A stretch of DNA of 64,000 nucleotides. Origin: Candidatus Omnitrophota bacterium. Lineage in GTDB: Bacteria > Omnitrophota > Omnitrophia > Omnitrophales > Aquincolibacteriaceae. Positions 29,377 to 37,898 of the stretch are shown in pieces. The stretch is from the NCBI GenBank assembly GCA_043732705.1, contig JAYTHE010000002.1:56385-120384 (forward strand), written 5' to 3'. Positions within the stretch are counted from its first letter, which is position 1, and the number at the start of each line of letters is the position of its first letter. Below the pieces are notes generated by a model. It was given only the letters and a program-made list of their open reading frames with translations, ran no database searches and was not told the DNA's origin. Made by a program: the position numbers and the translations under genes.

Positions 29377-29853
29377 ATGAAACAGTTAAATTTAGCTCTA
29401 CGGCCTCGTCGCAATCGCGTAACGTGTTTGGTTTTTATGCTGCTCGCGGTTGTGACATTGTCTTTGCCGCTTTATGCTGATTGTGACTCATCTGAAAGAA
29501 ATGGAACGATGAGCGAAGAAAGGGAGAGTGAGAGAGGTATGATGGGCGGCGGGAAAATGGAAATGCACGGCATGATGATGAAAATGATGATGCAAAAATC
29601 AGTCGTGGCAACGTCAGACGGCGGCATTGTAATTGTTGCCGGGAATAAAATTACTAAATACGACAAACATCTCAAGCTTGTGAATGAAGTCGAAACCAAA
29701 ATGGATATAGAAGACATGGAAAAGAAAATGAAGGGAATGATGAAGATGTGTCCCCTGATGAAGGGTGGAATGAAAACCAGAGAGGAACGGCCTGAAGAAG
29801 CTGTGTCAGGCGCTTCATCTGACGCAGACAGTGACCACTCGGCGCATCATTGA
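29377..29853 (+). CDS. Met-rich exported protein
   Basis: Signal peptide, [24 protein letters not shown]-terminal HSAHH; AGGAG SD. Confidence 0.7.
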   Translation: MKQLNLALRPRRNRVTCLVFMLLAVVTLSLPLYADCDSSERNGTMSEERESERGMMGGGKMEMHGMMMKMMMQKSVVATSDGGIVIVAGNKITKYDKHLKLVNEVETKMDIEDMEKKMKGMMKMCPLMKGGMKTREERPEEAVSGASSDADSDHSAHH

Positions 29854-29863
29854 AGAGAGGTTT

Positions 29864-32038
29864 ATGAAAGAGCACGCTTGCTGTCGTTCTCCAGTTAAAG
29901 CAGAGCAACCGCCGCCAAAAAATGCCGGTGGTTACACTTGTCCGATGCATCCGGAGATTGAGCAAGACCATCCCGGAACTTGCCCAAAATGTGGAATGGC
30001 GTTAGAACCCAAAAATGCTTCTGCTGCGCCTGAAAATCAAGAATATCACGATATGTTGCGACGATTCTGGGTGAGCTTAGGTCTTTCTGTGCCCGTTGCC
30101 TTTTTTGCCATGACCGAAATGCTTCCAAATAGGCCGTTTCAAAGTTTTTTATCTATGCAGCATGTGAATTGGATCGAATTTGTTCTTGCAAGTGTTGTTG
30201 TGTTTTGGGGAGGGCTACCTTTTTTTGAGCGCGGTGTGGCGTCGATTATTCATCGCAGCTTGAATATGTTCACGCTTATCGCATTGGGTGTGGGTGTGGC
30301 GTATGTTTACAGCGCCTCTGCAACGCTTGCGCCTGGAATTTTTCCGGCAAACTTTCGCGGGCACGGCGGTGAAGTGGCGGTTTATTTTGAAGCCGCGTCT
30401 GTTATTACCGTTTTAGTTTTGCTGGGGCAGGTTTTAGAATTAAAAGCTCGTACGCAAACCGGTGAAGCGATTCAAGCACTTTTAAATCTTGCGCCAAAAA
30501 TGGCGCGTGTTATCGCGGCGGATGAAATAGAAAAAGACATTCCTATCGAAAATGTGCAGCGTGGCGATAAGTTACGTGTGCGGCCCGGCGAAAAAATTCC
30601 GTCGGATGGTTTGGTTGTGGATGGCGAGAGCGCAGTGGATGAATCGATGGTTACTGGCGAATCTATGCCCGTTGAAAAATCTAAAGGCTCAAAAGTTGTC
30701 GGCGGCACGGTCAATGGCACAGGCAGTTTAATTGTGCAGGCTGAAAAAATCGGCAGTGAGACTTTGCTTGCTCAAATTGTGCATATGGTCGGTGAAGCAC
30801 AACGCAGCAGAGCGCCGATCCAGCGTTTGGCCGACATCGTTGCGGCTTATTTTGTTCCGATGGTTTTGGTTGTAGCAGCGATTACTTTTTTTATTTGGGG
30901 GTTTTTCGGACCGGAACCGAAAATGGTTTATGCGATTGTAAATGCTGTGGCGGTATTGATTATTGCTTGTCCTTGCGCGCTAGGGCTTGCGACACCGATG
31001 TCTATTATGGTCGGCGTAGGCCGCGGCGCAACAGCCGGAATTTTAATCAAGAATGCCGAAGCGCTGGAGGTTTTTAGAAAAGTTGATACTCTGATTTTTG
31101 ATAAAACGGGCACGCTCACCGAAGGTAAACCCAAACTTGTTTCCGTTGCTTCCGCGCCCGGAATGAACGAAGCTGATTTTTTACGATTTGCCGCCAGTTT
31201 AGAACGCGCAAGCGAACACCCATTGGCGCAGGCGATTGTTAAAGGGGCCGAAGCAAAAGGTGTTCGCTTTTCCGAAATCCAAAATTTTAAATCGGTTACC
31301 GGCAAAGGCGTTCAGGGCACTTTGGACCGCAAGCAGGTTCTTCTCGGGAATCAAAAATGGATTGAAGAGCTGGGCGTTATTACCACGGATTTTTCCGCGC
31401 AAGCAGACAAGCTGCGTGAAGACGGCCAGACGGTTATGTTTGTGGCGGTTGAAAAGAAAATTGCGGGAATACTTGGCGTGGCCGATGCGGTTAAAGATTC
31501 GACGCCGGAAGCCATTCAATTGCTGCACCAAGACGGCCTCAGGCTCATTATGGTTACCGGCGACAATCCGGTCACGGCAAATGCGGTAGCAAAAAAACTG
31601 GGCATTGACGAAGTGCGCGCGGGTGTTTTGCCCGAGCAAAAAGGCGCAATTGTGAAAGAATTACAGGCGCAAGGCAAGCGTGTCGCGATGGCAGGTGATG
31701 GCGTGAATGACGCGCCCGCGTTGGCGCAGGCGGACGTGGGTATCGCCATGGGAACAGGTACGGATGTTGCGATGCAAAGCGCGGGAGTCACGCTTGTCAA
31801 AGGTGATTTGCGCGGCATTGCCAAGGCGCGCGCATTAAGCCGCGCGACGATGGCCAATATCCGTCAAAATCTTTTTTTCGCATTTATTTACAATCTTCTC
31901 GGTGTGCCGGTTGCCGCGGGAATTTTGTATCCTTTTTTTGGAATTTTGTTGAGTCCGATTATCGCCAGCGCAGCCATGGCTTTTAGTTCAGTTTCGGTTA
32001 TCATGAATGCATTGCGCCTACGCCGTATTTCTCTCTAG
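29864..32038 (+). CDS. copA: Copper-translocating P1B-type ATPase
   Basis: YTCPMHP, TGES, CPCALG, DKTGT, SEHP, GDGVND, YN, MAFSS. Confidence 0.95.
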   Translation: MKEHACCRSPVKAEQPPPKNAGGYTCPMHPEIEQDHPGTCPKCGMALEPKNASAAPENQEYHDMLRRFWVSLGLSVPVAFFAMTEMLPNRPFQSFLSMQHVNWIEFVLASVVVFWGGLPFFERGVASIIHRSLNMFTLIALGVGVAYVYSASATLAPGIFPANFRGHGGEVAVYFEAASVITVLVLLGQVLELKARTQTGEAIQALLNLAPKMARVIAADEIEKDIPIENVQRGDKLRVRPGEKIPSDGLVVDGESAVDESMVTGESMPVEKSKGSKVVGGTVNGTGSLIVQAEKIGSETLLAQIVHMVGEAQRSRAPIQRLADIVAAYFVPMVLVVAAITFFIWGFFGPEPKMVYAIVNAVAVLIIACPCALGLATPMSIMVGVGRGATAGILIKNAEALEVFRKVDTLIFDKTGTLTEGKPKLVSVASAPGMNEADFLRFAASLERASEHPLAQAIVKGAEAKGVRFSEIQNFKSVTGKGVQGTLDRKQVLLGNQKWIEELGVITTDFSAQADKLREDGQTVMFVAVEKKIAGILGVADAVKDSTPEAIQLLHQDGLRLIMVTGDNPVTANAVAKKLGIDEVRAGVLPEQKGAIVKELQAQGKRVAMAGDGVNDAPALAQADVGIAMGTGTDVAMQSAGVTLVKGDLRGIAKARALSRATMANIRQNLFFAFIYNLLGVPVAAGILYPFFGILLSPIIASAAMAFSSVSVIMNALRLRRISL

Positions 32039-32117
32039 TTTTTGTCAAAATCTCAACCCTGATTTGTTTCCATTTGGTATGCGCAAATTTATTAAATCAA
32101 GAGTAAAATAAACGCTT

Positions 32118-33113
32118 ATGGCTAACCACAAACATTCTCACGCTAAAGGGCATTCTCATTCCCATGCTGTGATTGACCCGTCGATTGTGACGCATGAACG
32201 CGGGCTATGGGCCGTGAAATGGTCCTTCATTGTTTTAATGATTACAGCTGCTTTGCAGCTCATCGTCGTGATTCTTTCAAGTAGCGTTGCGCTGCTTGCA
32301 GATACCATTCATAACTTTGCGGACGCGGCGACAGCCATCCCGCTTGGTATTGCTTTTTTATTTGTCCGCTTGAAACCAAGCAAGCGTTTTAATTATGGTT
32401 ACGGACGCGTTGAAGATTTAGCCGGCGTTATTGTCATTTTACTAATTCTTTTCAGCGGAATTGTCGCCGCTTATCAATCTGTGAATCGATTTTTTCATCC
32501 GCAGGATATTCATCATTTGGGTATCGTTGCCTTAGCGTCGATTTTGAGTTTTATCGGAAATGAAGGTGTGGCAATTTTTAGAATCAAAGTCGGCAAAGAA
32601 ATTGGCAGTGCGGCTTTAATCGCGGATGGTTATCACGCGCGCATTGACGGGTGGTCAAGCCTGGCTGTGCTTGTCGGGGCGATCGGAATTTGGCTCGGCT
32701 TTCCGCTTGCAGACCCGCTCATGGGTTTATGTATTACCGCTTCAATTCTTTATATCACATGGATATCCAGCAAAGAAATTTTTACTCGATTGTTGGATGG
32801 TGTTGATCCGGATGTGATTCATGAAGTCGAACATTCTACCGGGCATGTGCAAGGCGTCCAGAAAATTGGAGAAATTAAAGCGCGCTGGTCGGGGCATAAA
32901 CTTTACGTTGAAATGGCGATTGCCGTAAAAAGCGATGCCTCCGTGAAAGAAGGGCATGACATAGCCAAGGAAGTGCGTCACCAAATCCTGCATCATCTTC
33001 CGCATGTCGAGCAAATTATGATTCATGTCGATCCGGAAAATGAATTCGGAAGCGCGCATTATAAAATCGGCCCGCATGCGCATGGCGATGGCCCGGTGCA
33101 TTCGCATGACTGA
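32118..33113 (+). CDS. Cation diffusion facilitator with His-rich termini
   Basis: HNFAD and HARID metal sites, IHVDP. Confidence 0.92.
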   Translation: MANHKHSHAKGHSHSHAVIDPSIVTHERGLWAVKWSFIVLMITAALQLIVVILSSSVALLADTIHNFADAATAIPLGIAFLFVRLKPSKRFNYGYGRVEDLAGVIVILLILFSGIVAAYQSVNRFFHPQDIHHLGIVALASILSFIGNEGVAIFRIKVGKEIGSAALIADGYHARIDGWSSLAVLVGAIGIWLGFPLADPLMGLCITASILYITWISSKEIFTRLLDGVDPDVIHEVEHSTGHVQGVQKIGEIKARWSGHKLYVEMAIAVKSDASVKEGHDIAKEVRHQILHHLPHVEQIMIHVDPENEFGSAHYKIGPHAHGDGPVHSHD

Positions 33114-33143
33114 AGCTTTTTGATCTTCTGTTAGAATGCGCGC

Positions 33144-33246
33144 ATGAACCCCGTTAGAAATTTACCAAAAATCGCGCAGCCATTCATTTTCAGCCTGGTG
33201 AATTTGGACAACACGGTATTGAAAAAGAATTTCTAACAAAAATGAA
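33144..33246. mobile_element. Second CCCGTTAGAAA-family miniature element, with decayed right repeat
   Basis: ATGAACCCCGTTAGAAATT...AATTTCTAACAAAAATGAA. Confidence 0.65.
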
Positions 33247-33406
33247 ACTGCCCATTGCACGGCTGCTTCCGCTATTGGCAGTGCCTGTCATTATTTTAAC
33301 CGCGGTTATGACGGTTATTTTTTGGCAGCAAAACAAAACGAAAATCAGTTTCTCTGATTATGGCGAGCCGCCACCACCTCAGTTAATAAAACATATGCAG
33401 AGATAA
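33242..33406 (+). CDS. 54-aa single-TM small protein MKLPIARLL...HMQR
   Basis: Read by hand; one hydrophobic helix, PPPP; followed by a terminator. Confidence 0.55.
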   Translation: MKLPIARLLPLLAVPVIILTAVMTVIFWQQNKTKISFSDYGEPPPPQLIKHMQR

Positions 33407-33455
33407 AGAGGCGAGATTTAGACTGAATTGGTTTCTTGGTTTGAAACAAAAAATA

Positions 33456-33489
33456 AAAAACCGAAGCGGTTTGTGCCGCTTCGGTTTTT
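33456..33489. terminator. Bidirectional intrinsic terminator
   Basis: aaaaaccgaagcgg...ccgcttcggttttt between convergent genes. Confidence 0.85.
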
Positions 33490-33498
33490 GAAAGAAAA

Positions 33499-33807
33499 TT
33501 AAGAAACAGTAGCCGTTGTTGCAGTTTTAGCCTTTTCTGCAGCTTCTTTTTCAGCTTTCTTCGCGTCTTGTTGGACTTTGCGTTCAGCTTGCTTCTTTTC
33601 GCGCTCTAATTTTCTTTGAGCTTGCTTAGCTTCACGATCAGCCTTCTTTTTGGCTTTCGCAGCCTTTTTTGCATCACGGTCAGCCATGTTCTCGGCTTTC
33701 TTTTGCATGCCTTTTGCAGCGGCAGCGACATCGCTGTCAGCGTGAACTACCGGAGCGGCCAAGCACAAAGTTGCAATCAAGAGAACAAACAAATTAAATC
33801 TTTTCAT
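33499..33807 (-). CDS. Ala/Lys-rich secreted small protein
   Basis: Signal peptide ending VHA; low-complexity helix; AAGGA SD. Confidence 0.7.
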   Translation of the reverse strand: MKRFNLFVLLIATLCLAAPVVHADSDVAAAAKGMQKKAENMADRDAKKAAKAKKKADREAKQAQRKLEREKKQAERKVQQDAKKAEKEAAEKAKTATTATVS

Positions 33808-34048
33808 ACTTTTTCCTTTTTGAATTAACGAATCATACCCATTATACGTATGTTTGACGCAGGGTGAAGCCCGCTTCTTCAATTTTTTATTAGGGGTATT
33901 TAGTCCTTCGCCGACCCTCATAACACCGTCTATTCCACTACGCGGATTGTTAGCTTAATTCCTCACGAATCAAGCAGTTCCCTGGTATCAACCCCCTTAG
34001 GCCGCCTTCAGAATGGAGGCAGTAATCGATTAACCTGAGGGGTGATCT

Positions 34049-34336
34049 ATGAAAAAGAATACAACTGTTACAAGCGGTATTATTATTTTTGCATTTATTT
34101 TGAGCGGGTCTACCGTCACGCATGCCGCTTTAGCAGAGTCCGCGCATGCAATTGTTTGGGAGCAAAAAAACTTTTTAATCGAGGGGACAGCACGCTTATT
34201 TTCGCATTGGCTTAATCACAAAAAACCAAATGCGCCTATTTTAAAAATGACTGCCTTGCCGGAAAAATCAAAAACGCCAATATCCGGGTGGGAGCAACAG
34301 CTGAGTGCTTCCCGTCTAGTTGCTGCTTCCGCGTAG
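34049..34336 (+). CDS. Hypothetical secreted protein
   Basis: GAGGGG SD, signal-peptide-like N-terminus. Confidence 0.55.
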   Translation: MKKNTTVTSGIIIFAFILSGSTVTHAALAESAHAIVWEQKNFLIEGTARLFSHWLNHKKPNAPILKMTALPEKSKTPISGWEQQLSASRLVAASA

Positions 34337-34381
34337 ATTCTGCAAAAGCAGAAAGCTAATCCGTTAGTCCGCTGCGAAGCT

Positions 34382-34408
34382 GTCATCCCCGCGCAGGCGG
34401 GGATCCAG
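34382..34408 (+). repeat. REP-like palindrome
   Basis: gtcatccccgcgcaggcggggatccag. Confidence 0.8.
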
Positions 34409-34449
34409 TCTTTTGCTCGTATTTGCTGGTCTTGAGTTATAATCCAACC

Positions 34450-34725
34450 ATGCCTCAATCTCTTTTAGCATTAGTTGAAATCAGTTTTGCCAACGAGGAT
34501 GATTTTAAAAAGGGCACTGATTTAGTTCAAAGCAATTTGCGTGAATGTAAGACCGCTTCAGCCTTTGCCGTTTATGAAGACAAAATTGGTTTTCACATGT
34601 GGTTCGACGGACAAGCTGATTATTCGCTTCTGAATCAAATCAAAAAAGAGTTGGCTGCGAATGGGCTTCAGAATTTCAGCCTTAACATTCGCGAGTTTAC
34701 TGAAACTAAAACTTTTAAGATTTAG
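34450..34725 (+). CDS. Hypothetical protein
   Basis: TATAAT 6 nt before ATG; alpha/beta-like composition. Confidence 0.55.
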   Translation: MPQSLLALVEISFANEDDFKKGTDLVQSNLRECKTASAFAVYEDKIGFHMWFDGQADYSLLNQIKKELAANGLQNFSLNIREFTETKTFKI

Positions 34726-34887
34726 TCCGCGTACTTTCCCACGCGATAAAAGCTTTCTTGCGAATAGGATTCAAGCGGTATTCACCGGTTACGCTGGTTT
34801 CAGAAAGATCAGAACATTTCTAAAAGTATCGAGTTTGATTAGTTTATAATACTTAAACGTCATCCTTTGATTTGACAGGGGGTATTT

Positions 34888-35211
34888 ATGAAGAAAATCA
34901 TTTGTGTTTTAGTTGTGCTTGGCATTGCGGGATTAATTATATTTCAGGCCAGCTCACGCAGGATTGACGGCGCCATTATGACGCTTGACCCTATGAAACA
35001 GTCATTTACGGTCATTCAAAAAAGGTTATTATCCGGGCGTTCAGATACGTCCGAAATTTATGTGATTCCCACGACCCGCTTTCAGGGGATCAAGGCGATG
35101 ATGGAATTGAAAATGGGCGACCGGGTAAAGGTTTATGTTGTCAAAAAAAGTGACGGCCGGCTTGAAGCCGCGCTGATTCAGCTGAAGCAGAAGCCGATCA
35201 CGAATATTTAA
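34888..35211 (+). CDS. Exported OB-fold-like protein (DUF5666-like)
   Basis: Signal/TM segment; T.F....LKMGDRVKV..GRLEA pattern. Confidence 0.55.
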   Translation: MKKIICVLVVLGIAGLIIFQASSRRIDGAIMTLDPMKQSFTVIQKRLLSGRSDTSEIYVIPTTRFQGIKAMMELKMGDRVKVYVVKKSDGRLEAALIQLKQKPITNI

Positions 35212-35259
35212 GCGCACTCAAGCCTGTTTGATTTTAATTTAGAGTTATCCGGAGGATTT

Positions 35260-35733
35260 ATGGCGAAAGCAAAGAAAGTGAAAGCACCGAAGACATCTAA
35301 GAAAGGTAAAAAAGAAATCGACGCGCCGATGATGCCGACGATCATCGAGGGCTTGTCTAAGCTGGTCGAGCGGCTTGAGATTGTCGAGCGCAAAGTGGAT
35401 CAGGTGAATAGCCGTATCTCCAATATTTTATTTGAAATCCGAGGAGAGATTCAGCAAAGCGCGCGTCAGCAGAATGCTTCACACCAGCAAAACCCTTATT
35501 CGTATTCACAACCCCAGCGCCCGTTGCCCGTTATGCCTCCGCGCCAAATGTATCAGGTGGTTTGCGCGGACTGCAAAAAGAGTGCGGAAGTGCCTTTTAA
35601 GCCCGGTGACCGGCCCGTTTATTGCAAAGAATGTTTCGCCGCCCGCAAATCCGGAAATGTTGTCGTCGCTGCAGCCCCTGCCGCTCCGGCAAAAACTGAA
35701 AAGCCTTCGAAAGCTAAGAAGAAAAAGAAGTGA
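35260..35733 (+). CDS. CxxC-x17-CxxC zinc-ribbon protein
   Basis: MYQVVCADC..VPFKP..RPVYCKECF; GGAGG SD. Confidence 0.85.
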   Translation: MAKAKKVKAPKTSKKGKKEIDAPMMPTIIEGLSKLVERLEIVERKVDQVNSRISNILFEIRGEIQQSARQQNASHQQNPYSYSQPQRPLPVMPPRQMYQVVCADCKKSAEVPFKPGDRPVYCKECFAARKSGNVVVAAAPAAPAKTEKPSKAKKKKK

Positions 35734-36134
35734 AGAAGATTCTTATTGGCTCATTCTTTGCGTTGATCAGCTCAAGTGTGGTGTTTGCGCAGTTGGGGCC
35801 GATTGAAGAATCGCTTGCTTATAAGCGGTATCAATCCCGTCCTCAAACTGAATTGTCCAAACTGATTTATGTCATGGATCGTTTTAATGTGCCGGGCGTT
35901 GAAGTTAAGGTTGATGACAGTACTTTTTCCGCAGACAAAGTTTTTCCTTTTTGGAAAGTGAATTTGAGGGTGAGCTACGATGAGGAAGCAGCTGAAGAAT
36001 GGATTCAGAGATATTGTTATCGTTCGGATGATACCAACGAGGTGATTTATATGCGAACAGGGAATGAAGATTTTAAACCAGCCCGAGATAGCTTTCTTGA
36101 AGAGCTCAACCGCCTTCGCGAACTTTTAAAATAA
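35730..36134 (+). CDS. Exported protein, DUF5329-like
   Basis: Signal peptide; AEEWI..RS..IY..FLEEL pattern. Confidence 0.5.
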   Translation: MKKILIGSFFALISSSVVFAQLGPIEESLAYKRYQSRPQTELSKLIYVMDRFNVPGVEVKVDDSTFSADKVFPFWKVNLRVSYDEEAAEEWIQRYCYRSDDTNEVIYMRTGNEDFKPARDSFLEELNRLRELLK

Positions 36135-36138
36135 AACG

Positions 36139-36669
36139 GTGATTTCAACTATCGATCATGCAATTTTTTTCTTTTTCCAGGGGCTGCAGAGGCCTTGGCT
36201 GGATTATTTCCTCGCATGGCCGACGTATTTAGGCGACACAAAAGTTCTGCTTAGTTTTTTGCTTCCCGCCGTTTTGATTTTCGACAAAAAAAATGCTTTT
36301 CGAACCATTGCGGCGATTTCTATCGCATTATTGATTGTGGGATATGCTTCGCCCACACTCAAAGAACTTTTTCACCGTCCGCGGCCGCATATTTTTTGGG
36401 AAAATGTACATGTGATTTTCGCAAAGCCGCACAATGACGCTTTTCCTTCGGGGCATGCGATGGTTATCTTCGCCGCCATGTTTATGCTGAGCCATTATTA
36501 TCCTAAATTAAGTCCGTGGTTTTACGCGGCCGCAGTTTGGGTGGGGATGACGCGCGTCTATGTCGGTGCGCATTATCCGACCGATATTGTTGGTGGTATG
36601 ATTTTTGGTGTGTTGTGCGGATGGCTTGCGAGTGTAATTGTGAAATTTTATTCGCAGCGCGCAGCATAA
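36139..36669 (+). CDS. PAP2-family phosphatase
   Basis: K..RPRP, FPSGH, TRVYVGAHYPTD. Confidence 0.92.
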   Translation: MISTIDHAIFFFFQGLQRPWLDYFLAWPTYLGDTKVLLSFLLPAVLIFDKKNAFRTIAAISIALLIVGYASPTLKELFHRPRPHIFWENVHVIFAKPHNDAFPSGHAMVIFAAMFMLSHYYPKLSPWFYAAAVWVGMTRVYVGAHYPTDIVGGMIFGVLCGWLASVIVKFYSQRAA

Positions 36670-36735
36670 GGTTATAGCAAAAACGATCTTTTTCAAGTCG
36701 TTAAGAATTCGTGCTAATAAAGGGCAGGCTTCGAT

Positions 36736-36786
36736 TTGACAAGATCGAACCATTTGGATAGCTTAGTGATGTAAGCGCTTACATCA
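36736..36786 (+). promoter_or_regulatory. Promoter plus LacI-family operator
   Basis: TTGACA-17-TAGCTT, then the perfect 20-bp palindrome TGATGTAAGCGCTTACATCA (36767-36786). Confidence 0.85.
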
Positions 36787-36800
36787 TTAAAGGAAAAACA

Positions 36801-37841
36801 ATGCGGAAAATGACCATTTACGAAATAGCTAAAAAATCAGGCGTATCCATCGCGACGATTTCCCGCGCGGTCAATCCGGAAACACAGCACAAGGTCGCTG
36901 CGCAAACCTTGGGAAAAATTGAAAGATTGATCGCTCAGCACAATTACACGCCCAATCGCGCGGCAAGCCAATTGACGCGAGCGCGTTACATGACCGTAGG
37001 TGTGCTGATTCCGCATCATGCCGGCATTCTTCTTGAGCCGTATTACTCCAAAATTCTCTGCGGTGTGGCGGATGCATTACTCGATACAGACTATAAAATG
37101 AAAATCGTCATGCTCAAATGCCAGAAGCCAAAATGGGACAAATATAATTTTCAAATCGGCGAAGGGATTGACGCGTTGATTGTGACGCATTGGCATGCTT
37201 TCTTTTCGGGGGGAAGCTCCCTGGAGAATATGAAGATTCCTTGTGTTGTGTTAAATGACGTGGAAAACGGCGTGAAAGCGCATTTTATAGCGGGCGATCA
37301 TTATCAGGGCGGGCGCATGGTCGCGGATTATTTGTTTAACGAAGGCCACCGCCGTTTTGCGGTAATGACGGGCCCGAAAGGTTCAAGCGACAGCCATATG
37401 CGGCTGAAAGGATTTCGCGACGGGTTGTCTAAAAAGAGAATTAAGCTGGAGCCTCATCAAATAATGTGCGGCGAATTTCAGGAACAAAAAGCCGCGGACA
37501 TTACGGAAGACTTGCTTCAGGCAAATCCGAAGGCCACGGCACTTTTCTGTTTGAATGACGGTATGGCTTTGGGGGTATTGCGCCGCTTAAAGGAATTAAA
37601 AGTGGATTGCCCGAAGAAGATTTCGGTGGTGGGTTATGACAACGATTCACGGGGCGAACTTTCCCTGCCGGCGCTCTCGAGCGTGCAAGTGCCGCTTTAC
37701 GGAATGGCACATGCCGCGGCGAAACAATTGGCGGAGTATCTTGTGAACGCTGAAAGCAAGAAAAGTAAAAATAGTTTGGCCGGCCGGATACTTTTACCGG
37801 TTGAGCTTGTGAAAAGAAAGTCCGTCAGGCAGGTTCGGTAA
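36801..37841 (+). CDS. LacI-family transcriptional regulator
   Basis: TIYEIAKKSGVSIATISRAVN HTH, YTPNRAA hinge, ISVVGYD. Confidence 0.95.
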   Translation: MRKMTIYEIAKKSGVSIATISRAVNPETQHKVAAQTLGKIERLIAQHNYTPNRAASQLTRARYMTVGVLIPHHAGILLEPYYSKILCGVADALLDTDYKMKIVMLKCQKPKWDKYNFQIGEGIDALIVTHWHAFFSGGSSLENMKIPCVVLNDVENGVKAHFIAGDHYQGGRMVADYLFNEGHRRFAVMTGPKGSSDSHMRLKGFRDGLSKKRIKLEPHQIMCGEFQEQKAADITEDLLQANPKATALFCLNDGMALGVLRRLKELKVDCPKKISVVGYDNDSRGELSLPALSSVQVPLYGMAHAAAKQLAEYLVNAESKKSKNSLAGRILLPVELVKRKSVRQVR

Positions 37842-37858
37842 AAAAATTTGTACTTGAA

Positions 37859-37872
37859 TGTAAGCGCTTACA
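37859..37872. promoter_or_regulatory. Second LacI operator
   Basis: TGTAAGCGCTTACA, identical core, 26 nt upstream of the next ATG. Confidence 0.85.
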
Positions 37873-37898
37873 CATAAAACAAAAAGGGGAATAAGACA

